Assembly: GCA_040285745.1 (NCBI GenBank)
Contig: JAUFOR010000002.1
Location: 1,798,001-1,862,000 of the forward strand
From: Barthelona sp. PCE
Lineage: Eukaryota
Length of the DNA stretch: 64,000 nt
Direction of reading: 5' to 3'
The notes under the pieces: model-generated
Seen by the model: only the letters and a program-made list of their open reading frames with translations
Database searches by the model: none
What the model was told of the DNA's origin: nothing
Shown: in pieces, positions 32,740 to 41,442 of the stretch
Position numbering within the stretch: position 1 is the stretch's first letter
How the letters are laid out: each line of letters starts with the position of its first letter
Program-made: the position numbers and the translations under genes

Positions 32740-33294
32740 GTCTTTTTTTGTGTGTGTTTGTCTAAAAAAAGGTAACAATACCAAATACGGAAGAATTTTC
32801 TTTAACGGATGTTCTGTTAGCTTTGTATCTTTACATTCGGTTTATTATATGTGTTAAATGTTGATGGTCTGTACGTATTGTAGATTAATTCACGTTTAGA
32901 TGAGAACGCATTTTTCTCGACATATCTTGTATTTTGTGTCTGGAAACTCAAAAGGTTGTTTGTGTAATAGTTAAACGCGAGTTCCCACATGTTTTGAAAC
33001 TAAAAAGCAATGTATGGTTTTTCTCTAATGTGTTTCAGTTTTTCAGCTTTGTTTATTGAAAAATTATCTTCTAAATTGATACATATCCCACAAAATACGT
33101 ATAAAAACCATACTTTGAGGAAATTCAACCCCGGCAAAGCTGTAACAGCATCTGAAGCAGCGCATCCCTCAACATAGCCCCAATCTAGAAGTTAATAAGA
33201 TAAATTGCAGTTAAACATCATGTAACATCATTCTACTCCATTTTACTTTGATTTATTCATTCTTTACCCTTTCAAACCACTTTTTGACATTTAA

Positions 33295-34812
33295 ATGAGC
33301 GGTGAAGAGGCTGCATTCCAGTCCTCTGTGAACAAATTACTCACATTGCGCAACGCAACATCTCGATTTCGAAAATTAGCAAAGAAACGCAAAAGTCCAC
33401 AGAAATCAGAATCAGTACCACTCATAAAACCGGAAATAGTCGACAGTCCGATAAGGGAATCGAGCTTAGACGAGAAGAATATGAATGTAATTGATTCTCA
33501 TCCTGTATCTATTTCACAGGATGTTGTTAGCACAACAGAACTCACCAAACCAACATCAGAACCGACCACTGAATCTGAAAAAAAGGAACCTGTTATTATA
33601 GAGGAACCTGCTCCTGGAAAAAAGCACGAAGCGAAGAAAGCGAAGCTTTCACTTGTTGCAGATATTTTAATGTCAACACCGAAGGAAAAGCCTGTTGTTA
33701 GGAATAAGAAAAGTGTCAACCAACGTTCTATTGATGCTGTAAGTCGACGATTAAAATCTCGCAAGCCGAAGAGGAATAGAAGAAATTCACACGATCAGAT
33801 GCTCAAGAAACTTGAAGTGCACAAGACTCCTGAAAGGAAAGAGGGATATTCTGTTAAAAAGAAGGCAAAGAAGAAGCCTGTGAAAAAGGCAATTTCTCTT
33901 GAAGATTTGGCAAGCCCAATCAAGGGATGGAACGAAACCCCTGTGAAGGAGGAGGTGCGGCCGCGACCCACTGTTGAAATGAGTGACATTAAGAGATTTG
34001 ATGATCCTTTCTCCATTGATATTTTGGAAGAGAAGACCTTCCATCCTGTAAGTCTTAACAACTCCGTCATTCATTCGAAAAACGTTGATTATGTACCTAA
34101 AACCCACTTTAAGCTGAGTTCTCTCTCCACAGACCGATTCATGACAGAAACTCAATCTTCGTTGACGAGGAGGATCAGTACTAAGTTTTCAGGAACAGAA
34201 AGCCCTGCACAGAGAATAGAAAAGGGGTTTTATGTTGGCAGCTCATCGCCTGTACCTGAGAAAATAGAGAAAAACAAAATTCGAAAGGAAATAGAGGAGG
34301 AGGTGAGAGCTGATACTAGACGTCGTTATGATGAGTTAATGAAGCAAAATGATTATTACAAGTCGAAGATCGATAACATGAACTCAACACGTAAGGAAAC
34401 AAAGGAAGAAATCATGCTTTTTAAGGAAAATTGTGAACGAATGATTTCAACAATTAGAAACGAGAATAATGAACTCAAAATGGAGAACCAACAGCTGAAA
34501 AACGCTAATCTCGGACATACAAAACTCGTAAATAGAGTAGAAGAATTGTCGAGCGAATTGGAGTTAAAGGATGAGCGAATTAAAGAGCTCCAGGATCAAA
34601 TGATCGCGCAAATGGCAATGTCCGAACGTAACAACCAGAGATATGAAGAGAAAATCCTTGAACTCACCTCGCAAATAGCATTTTCAAAACCAAGAGTTGA
34701 AAGCACTCTTTCGCATCAGCGATTGGAATTATTAGAAGCTCTCGAGCCTGATTTAGAGGAGGAAGCGTTATTGGCAAGTCTTAATGAATTGGATGCAAAA
34801 CTTTGTCACTAA
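33295..34812 (+). CDS. Disordered/coiled-coil hypothetical protein
   Basis: 505 aa; K/S/E-rich N-terminal half and a heptad C-terminal third. Confidence 0.75.
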   Translation: MSGEEAAFQSSVNKLLTLRNATSRFRKLAKKRKSPQKSESVPLIKPEIVDSPIRESSLDEKNMNVIDSHPVSISQDVVSTTELTKPTSEPTTESEKKEPVIIEEPAPGKKHEAKKAKLSLVADILMSTPKEKPVVRNKKSVNQRSIDAVSRRLKSRKPKRNRRNSHDQMLKKLEVHKTPERKEGYSVKKKAKKKPVKKAISLEDLASPIKGWNETPVKEEVRPRPTVEMSDIKRFDDPFSIDILEEKTFHPVSLNNSVIHSKNVDYVPKTHFKLSSLSTDRFMTETQSSLTRRISTKFSGTESPAQRIEKGFYVGSSSPVPEKIEKNKIRKEIEEEVRADTRRRYDELMKQNDYYKSKIDNMNSTRKETKEEIMLFKENCERMISTIRNENNELKMENQQLKNANLGHTKLVNRVEELSSELELKDERIKELQDQMIAQMAMSERNNQRYEEKILELTSQIAFSKPRVESTLSHQRLELLEALEPDLEEEALLASLNELDAKLCH

Positions 34813-34867
34813 ACATCGAAAAACAAGTAAAGGAGATCTGTTTACTAAAGTCTTGGAGATAGCAGGA

Positions 34868-35833
34868 TTACTTGTTGACTCTATAAGGGGTGGCACCGTT
34901 TTCAAGGAAAGCGTGGGCAATTTCAACAACACGCTCACCAACGGCAAGAGTAGCCTGACCGGTAGAGGCACCAATGTGGTGTGTACCGTAGACTCTGGGG
35001 TGGGAGGCAAGGGGGGACTCGAACTCGGCGACCTTAGCAGCAGGCTCACCATTGAAGACATCAAGACAAGCGTAGATGTTCTTCTCGTTCAAACCCTTGA
35101 GGAGGGCTTCATCGTTAACGATGGAACCGCGGGACATGTTTAAGACAACAGCGCCATCACGCATGGCAGCAATGAACTCATCATTGACCATACCCTCGGT
35201 CTTACCGGGGATGGCGGGGACGTGCACAGAGATCCAATCGGAGTTGGCAACGACATCGATGGGGGAGGGGTGAAGGGTGACACCCATCTCATCAGCAACC
35301 TCCTGGGGGCAGAAGGGATCGAAGACGTGGATGTTCATTCCGAAAGCCAACATACGGACAGCGACACCCTTTCCGATGGCACCGAAACCAATGATACCCC
35401 ACTCGCGGTTCTTGAAACCACGGGCCTTGGAGTACTTCTTCTTGTTCCATTGGTTGTTACGAAGATCGTTAACGCAATCAGCAATGTGACGATCCTGAGC
35501 AACAGCGAGACCAATTGTGAGCTCGGCAACGGCATCGGAGTTGCAACCAGGGCAGTTGCAGACAGCAATACCCTTCTCCTTGGCGTAAGCACAAGCAATG
35601 GTGTTAGTACCGGCACCGGCACGAATGACAAGCTTGAGGTTCTCAGCAGCATCCATCTGCTCCTCCTTGACCTTGGTAGAACGAACGATGATGACTTCAG
35701 GCTGGAATTCAGCAATCTTCTGGGTAAGAGCGGCATCCTTCAAAGTATCGTCAATCTCGAGTTCGAGACCAGCGGTGTTGGTAAGAGCAGCGACACAGGC
35801 GGTGTCAAGGGCATCAGCAATAAGTACACGCAT
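34868..35833 (-). CDS. D-isomer-specific 2-hydroxyacid dehydrogenase (short D-3-phosphoglycerate dehydrogenase-like)
   Basis: IRAGAGTNTI, NSDAVAEL, GFGAIG, NMSRG, DVFNGEP and THHIGAST; ATG at 35833; strong codon bias. Confidence 0.92.
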   Translation of the reverse strand: MRVLIADALDTACVAALTNTAGLELEIDDTLKDAALTQKIAEFQPEVIIVRSTKVKEEQMDAAENLKLVIRAGAGTNTIACAYAKEKGIAVCNCPGCNSDAVAELTIGLAVAQDRHIADCVNDLRNNQWNKKKYSKARGFKNREWGIIGFGAIGKGVAVRMLAFGMNIHVFDPFCPQEVADEMGVTLHPSPIDVVANSDWISVHVPAIPGKTEGMVNDEFIAAMRDGAVVLNMSRGSIVNDEALLKGLNEKNIYACLDVFNGEPAAKVAEFESPLASHPRVYGTHHIGASTGQATLAVGERVVEIAHAFLENGATPYRVNK

Positions 35834-36409
35834 TGTTATATGTATATTAAGGATCAAAAAATCACAAACAGCTCATTTGCTAATGTCAAATAGTTGACTA
35901 CCCGCGATACGAAGTATTATGGAAGATTGTCAATGGAATCGGTGGTAAAAGTATTGGTTTTACGTGTATCATCGAGAAAGAAATTTTGAGAAAGAATTAT
36001 ATACTGCTTTTTTTGGACTATTTATGTGGACTATATGGTGGATGCTGGTACTTTATGATGTAAGGATTGATAAAAATTCATTTAAAACTAAGAATCGCAG
36101 GAATGAGGTTGGTTTCGAATGCAAAATTTAGCAGTTCACGATTCCTCTTTTGAGAAGTTCTCTTTGTCTTCACGGTTGTCAGACCAATTAAGTTCCAGAA
36201 CCACACAATACATGATCCTCCAAAAATAAACAATATACAAAGCCTCATTTCAAAAGTTATCTTGCGACTAACAGACAAAAAGCTCCAATTCATACGTTTA
36301 CAAACATGAATAGATGAAATCATGTTCTATAATTTTGTTTAGCGTTATCTAACTCTATTGCGTTTATTTTTACTTTATCTTAACTTTTTCACCTCAAAAC
36401 AGACATTTG

Positions 36410-36988
36410 ATGGGTAATTTCATAGCTCGTTTGTTCCGTCGCATCTTCCCCGATCGCTCAGCGGAAATCCTTATTATCGGTTTAGACAGCTCTGGTAAAT
36501 CGACTCTGGTTCGCTATCTGAGCAACGAGGCGTACGGTGGCCAAATGACAGAAGACACTACAGCTCCTATGCCTACTATCGGATATTCTCATCGCAGTAT
36601 AAGTTTAGGAGAAGAGTATGGTGGTCTTAACATCAATACCTGGGATATCGGTGGCCAGACGAGATTACGTAGTCTTTGGCGTCATTATTATTCATCTTGT
36701 GATGCTATTATATACGTTATTGATTCTTCAGATGTCGCACGTTTCGACATCGCCAAGAAGGAGCTCTTTAAGATGCTCAACGATCCTGATCTAAATGATT
36801 GTCCCCTTTTGGTACTTGCAAATAAGGTGGATCGTTCTGATAGTGTTAGTGTGAATGAGGTTCATGATGCGCTTGACTTAACTGAGGTCAGCCTCTCATA
36901 CCACATTGAGGCTACTTCAGCTGTCGAAGGTACAGGTGTCATGGAAGCATTCAAGTGGATGGCAGATCAACTCCAAAGCAGAAACTAA
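36410..36988 (+). CDS. Arf/Arl family GTPase
   Basis: MGNF myristoylation site, GLDSSGKS, PTIG, WDIGGQ..LRSLWRHYY, NKVD and TSA. Confidence 0.92.
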   Translation: MGNFIARLFRRIFPDRSAEILIIGLDSSGKSTLVRYLSNEAYGGQMTEDTTAPMPTIGYSHRSISLGEEYGGLNINTWDIGGQTRLRSLWRHYYSSCDAIIYVIDSSDVARFDIAKKELFKMLNDPDLNDCPLLVLANKVDRSDSVSVNEVHDALDLTEVSLSYHIEATSAVEGTGVMEAFKWMADQLQSRN

Positions 36989-37036
36989 GAACTAGAACTA
37001 CATGTTAATAAAAGAATGCTTGTATTCACGTTGTAT

Positions 37037-38026
37037 TTACTTTGCTTGCTGATATTCAGCCATTTGTACAACTAAACTCTCTACTTCAGAGAAAGGTTCG
37101 CAGCGGCATGTTGCGATGTTTTTTTCTATATAAATGAGCATGTTTCGCACATCTGCTCTTGAGAAAACGTGTAAAAACACAGTATTTTTGTGATCAGTAG
37201 AAACAGTAACCTGTCTTACTTCCACACCACTTTCATTCTCAATTTTCTCAAGGAAAGCGTCTGTTTCCGGTACATTCATGCACTTAACGATGACACTCTC
37301 ACTTTCGAACCATAGATCCATCTCAAAGTCAGGTGATATCAAACCGTCCAATGCAACTGCGCGTTTGGCGTCACGAGGTTGATTAAACTCGACCAACGTC
37401 ATCGTATGGAAGAAGAATACATTGGAGAGGCGGCCAACCCTCCTTTCTAAGTTCGCAATCAATCTTTTATCGGTCGTCAACGGTCGAATAGATATCCATG
37501 TTGTCTTGGGCAATAGAACGTCGGTGGAGTTGTCCGTGGCGTTGCGAGCAAGCGAGCATCGTAGGTGCTGGTCCTTAAAAACTGTACCTTCAACCAAAAG
37601 CGCACTGTCAAGGCTTGCTTTATCCCAAAATTCAACATAAGCTGTTCCATTGCAGTATCCACGAGCATCGCGCATGATGACGATATTCCTGGTGCGACCA
37701 CAGTTCTCAAAGATGGTGTTGATGTCTTCGTCTGAGGTGTTCGGATTTAACCCTAATAGCAAGATGGTGGATCGTTCCCTCTCAGCCAGGCGCTCCAGTC
37801 GGGCCTTGAGCCGCTTATCACGGAGCAGTGCCCGCTGTGTGTGAAGTTCAACAAATCCATTGTTAAAAAAACTTTCATCATCTGATCTAGTACGTGTTCT
37901 TGCATTTCTCGCATGCCTACTGGGTGTCTGCGTCTGTGTCGGAGGTTGAATTTGCTTCTCAAAGCCTGCCTTTTTTCGCCTAAAGCTCTCTTTCAAATAA
38001 TTTGAACTGAATGCATTTCGCAACAT
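37037..38026 (-). CDS. RRM-containing RNA-binding protein
   Basis: RNP2-like TILLLGL and RNP1 NGTAYVEF; further degenerate RRM-like segments. Confidence 0.8.
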   Translation of the reverse strand: MLRNAFSSNYLKESFRRKKAGFEKQIQPPTQTQTPSRHARNARTRTRSDDESFFNNGFVELHTQRALLRDKRLKARLERLAERERSTILLLGLNPNTSDEDINTIFENCGRTRNIVIMRDARGYCNGTAYVEFWDKASLDSALLVEGTVFKDQHLRCSLARNATDNSTDVLLPKTTWISIRPLTTDKRLIANLERRVGRLSNVFFFHTMTLVEFNQPRDAKRAVALDGLISPDFEMDLWFESESVIVKCMNVPETDAFLEKIENESGVEVRQVTVSTDHKNTVFLHVFSRADVRNMLIYIEKNIATCRCEPFSEVESLVVQMAEYQQAK

Positions 38027-38733
38027 TTAACAGTGGATATGATAATAAAACTGTATGTTCTATGTCCAAGATCCAGAAAAAAACCCCAAAACCGAAGAAA
38101 GAGGTGGTGAAAAATGTTAACAAAATGCCTGATGATACTTTCTTTCCATGCTTTAAGTGGTGCATGTCTATCGTACTCTAGATCACAACTACAGCTTCAT
38201 TTGAAGTTGTTGTCAAATAGAGGAAAGAATCTATCTTCACTTAATACATAGGTGAATTACCGCAAATCCGCTTTGCTTTTCAGTGGGTACAACGGTGCAA
38301 CAGTGGCGCTGTGCGGGAACAGCATAGTTATGTGAACACCAAAATTATCGCTCACTATACTAAAACTAACTGTTTTCGTCTAAAAGGGACGAAAACGCGT
38401 GATGAATTTGTTATCATGACGGTCTTCATAGCAATGGTGCTGAGAATAAGGTAACTCTGATTTATATAGTTTTTTTTATTCATAATTTAAAGTATTGTAG
38501 CCTTCCCAAAAGGTTTACAGTGTCTATTTAACTTTTTCAACGTCATCAGAATGGTTATATGTTGTGAAGTTGATTCTGCAGCTTCTTACTAACAATTTTT
38601 TACATTGTTTTTATTATTTGAGTATATTTACCCTTTTTGTTGATGGTTTTGTAAAAAATATACACGTTACAGTTTTTAATAACACGTACTCTAATGGTAG
38701 GAAAAGAAAATAAAATAAATTTTCATACATTTA

Positions 38734-40184
38734 TTATGGTCCACCGTTGCACCCACAGTCTTGACTATGTGGATTGGGGTGGTGAGGGTATCCTTCATAG
38801 CCACCGTGAGGATTATGATAACCACCGTAAGGATAACCACCGTGACAGCCCCCTTGAGGATAGCTGTGGGCGTAACCACCATGATACCCACTATGTCCAT
38901 CCTGGTAACCATGTCCACCATTGTATTCGCCATTATGCTCATGGTGTCCATGGTGAGGGTGATACCCATGGTAAGGATGATGGTAACCGTGATGTGGCCA
39001 GCATCCAAACATCATCGGCATGCACATCATCGGCATACATGGTGGATGAATTGGTGGGTGAGGTGGGTGTGGTTTGCAGTACTTATACAAACAAAAGTGA
39101 CACGGGTCGAAACGAATAAATGTGCTGTTTGGAAACACTTCATGGTTCAGTATATAGTTAACAGTAACGTTATCCGGCTCACACCAACATCTATTGGGTA
39201 GAATTGAAAGCGTGAAGCAGACCTCGGTCTCAACTGGAACGTTCATATGTATCAGTGGGCTGAAGCTCTGGACAAACATCTGACTCAGGGGCTGAATGCC
39301 CAGTGTGACGTTGTATGTGTCGCTGGAAGACAGAACGGGAGTCAGTATGTCGATGATATCCTGCACTGTAGAGTTCTCACTGATTGCAAACACATAGCCA
39401 AAGCCGCAAAGTGTGGTGAGAGAGTTGTATATTGATATGAGATCTGGATCTCCGTCGAGGTTAGGGCGTACAAGGAAGATGGGAGTGAGACCAGCGGTGC
39501 CCAAAGCAGTGCAAACGTCCTCAGCTGTCGGGTACATAGGCGAGTTGTCCTCGTGGAACTCAGCGTCCGTTAAGAGAACGGTGAACTTACGCGTCCCGTC
39601 GTTGGTGAATCCAATGTCTGCCGAGTTCTCAGCGGCCTGCAATAAGGCGAACAATTGAGACTCGGGGGTGTCTCCGCCGTTTTCGCCCTGAAGATTGTCA
39701 AGCGTAGTGTTGATGGCTGGATCATCAGACTCAGTCAGGTTCAGGAGCAGCGTATAAGGAGAGTCGTTTGTGAACAGCTGTCCGTAGTCACTAAAGGAGG
39801 AGATGGCAACGTTGAAGTCGTCGATCTCATTGTCGAAGTGCGCCAGTACCTCCTTGCTGATGTCAGACACCTGCTGGATATGACCCAAGAACGACTGGGA
39901 AACATCAATCATGTAGTGAAGAGAAACACCAGGGTCGACAGGGGTTGTTATGCACACGTCAATCTCCTCCAGGCAGTGGGGGCACAGATCGGAGAACCAA
40001 ATCTCATCAGGTGTGACGTCGGTCGATCCATCATCAGTCGTATTAACTGTTGTTTGATTGCAAAAGTCATGATGATGAAAGCCCATTCTAAACATTAGAA
40101 AAAAGGTAAAATAATACGCCCATACGCATTTGCAGACGAAAGCAAGATGATGCCCAGAACAAAAGCAAAAATTAAGTGGCCCAT
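38734..40184 (-). CDS. Secreted integrin-beta-like (hybrid + beta-I/vWA) protein with His/Gly/Tyr/Pro tail (exons 40184-40126 and 40087-38734)
   Basis: Exon 1 encodes signal peptide MGHLIFAFVLGIILLSSANA. Motifs: YMIDVSQSF (DxSxS), SSFSD, GGDTPES, IGF...LLTDAEFH, YPT....L....LTPIFLV, and [19 protein letters not shown]. Confidence 0.85.
40088..40125 (-). other. Spliceosomal intron, 38 nt
   Basis: GTATGG...TCTAATGTTTAG on the minus strand; splicing (GC+A) joins the signal-peptide exon in frame. Confidence 0.85.
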
Positions 40185-40435
40185 AAAAACGAAAAAAGTA
40201 AGAATAGGGAATGCGGTTGTTGTGAGATTTTAGAATGTAGTTATACTGTGGGTTGGGCGTTTACAGTCAATTGGAGGTTCAAAAAAGTGTGAAATAACAG
40301 TTGTGAGCCAAACAAAAATTTACAGCGGTATTTACAAGCGTATGTGAAAGTAACGGATCATGCAACCCCACATTTGAAAAACAGAAAGTACACAAAAACA
40401 GTTAGGGAACAGAGAATAAAAAAAAAAAAAAAATG

Positions 40436-41281
40436 CTACAGACTTGCAATCGAATGCAGATCACTTAAGCCTTCGTTTAGAGTCATTTCTTCCTCATTTG
40501 GCGGGGGTGGCGGGGTCTTCACCCTCAGATCTGCAGCTAACCACAACACTTTTGCTTCCCTCATTACCTGCTTCGCTTCATCCTGACATTTCAGCTTTAA
40601 ACTATTGCTGATACCTTCCAACGTGTATTTTTGGCTCGATATACGGTTGTCAAATGTCTTAAATATAGCGTTGAGATTACGAGAAAAATCTTGAAAAACA
40701 ACTTCCAGACTACTTTCTTTCTTTGCGCTGTAAAATGGATTCCTGAATATCGGTGTTGGGAAAAGTGTGTAGTTGCGGTTCTTAATGTCATCTAATAAAG
40801 GTTCTGGAGGAAAACTACAATCCTCTGGTAACTTAAAAGGAATCTTTTTCAATTTTTCAACTATTAATGTGAGGGTGTCAAAGAAATTCTTGGCGTCTTC
40901 GTCAGATAAAAAGTTAAATCCATATGTTTTACCAGTTGGTGCTGAAAATCGTATAAACCTTTTTGATATTTGTTGAAAAGGACATTCCTCCAGTATGAGT
41001 ACGTTTAAGTTGATCGATCCATCTGATTCCAAACGTGAAAATAACCTTGCACGCTTTCTGCGATCCTCATGAATGATTTTTACGTTGGAGAGACTTACTC
41101 CAATCAAATCCCACGTGCCCTTCTTTATGTTGAGCACAGTTAAACCACAGCTGGTGTTGAAAAGTACACGCTCCCAAAGGAACTGTGGTAATTTCTTATT
41201 CTTTCGATGCTTCTTCCTTTTGCGCTGCCTCTCCCAGTCACTAACATCTGTGCCCCACCCCTTGTGCTTGAATTCGCTCAT
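40436..41281 (-). CDS. EVH1/WH1 domain protein
   Basis: KGTWDLIG and FIRFSAPTGKTYGFNFLSDEDAKNF; polyproline TPPPPP near the C-terminus. Confidence 0.75.
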   Translation of the reverse strand: MSEFKHKGWGTDVSDWERQRKRKKHRKNKKLPQFLWERVLFNTSCGLTVLNIKKGTWDLIGVSLSNVKIIHEDRRKRARLFSRLESDGSINLNVLILEECPFQQISKRFIRFSAPTGKTYGFNFLSDEDAKNFFDTLTLIVEKLKKIPFKLPEDCSFPPEPLLDDIKNRNYTLFPTPIFRNPFYSAKKESSLEVVFQDFSRNLNAIFKTFDNRISSQKYTLEGISNSLKLKCQDEAKQVMREAKVLWLAADLRVKTPPPPPNEEEMTLNEGLSDLHSIASL

Positions 41282-41442
41282 TTTTGCTCAATGTATAGGG
41301 TTGAAAGGATTATGAAAGATGAAACACTTCAAAAATCTGTTTTATATCCTCAGTTTTAGCTTAACAGCAAAATACATAAAACAAAGGCCCACAGCGCTGG
41401 ATCTAAACATGCATAAAAACCGTTTTATCATATATCACTATA

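Noticed and set aside
33110-33190. tRNA-Sec-like appearance on the minus strand (CTTCAGA loop, GGTTGAATTTCC)
   Set aside because: The anticodon and acceptor stems do not pair; no cloverleaf can be drawn.
34768-35897. Several long antisense and alternate-frame ORFs over the dehydrogenase (also over 549-3473 and 62830-63936)
   Set aside because: These are expected shadows of strong codon bias and show no protein-like features.
38691-39201. Alternate-frame ORFs over the His/Gly/Tyr tail
   Set aside because: By-products of low-complexity repeats that lack stops in other frames.
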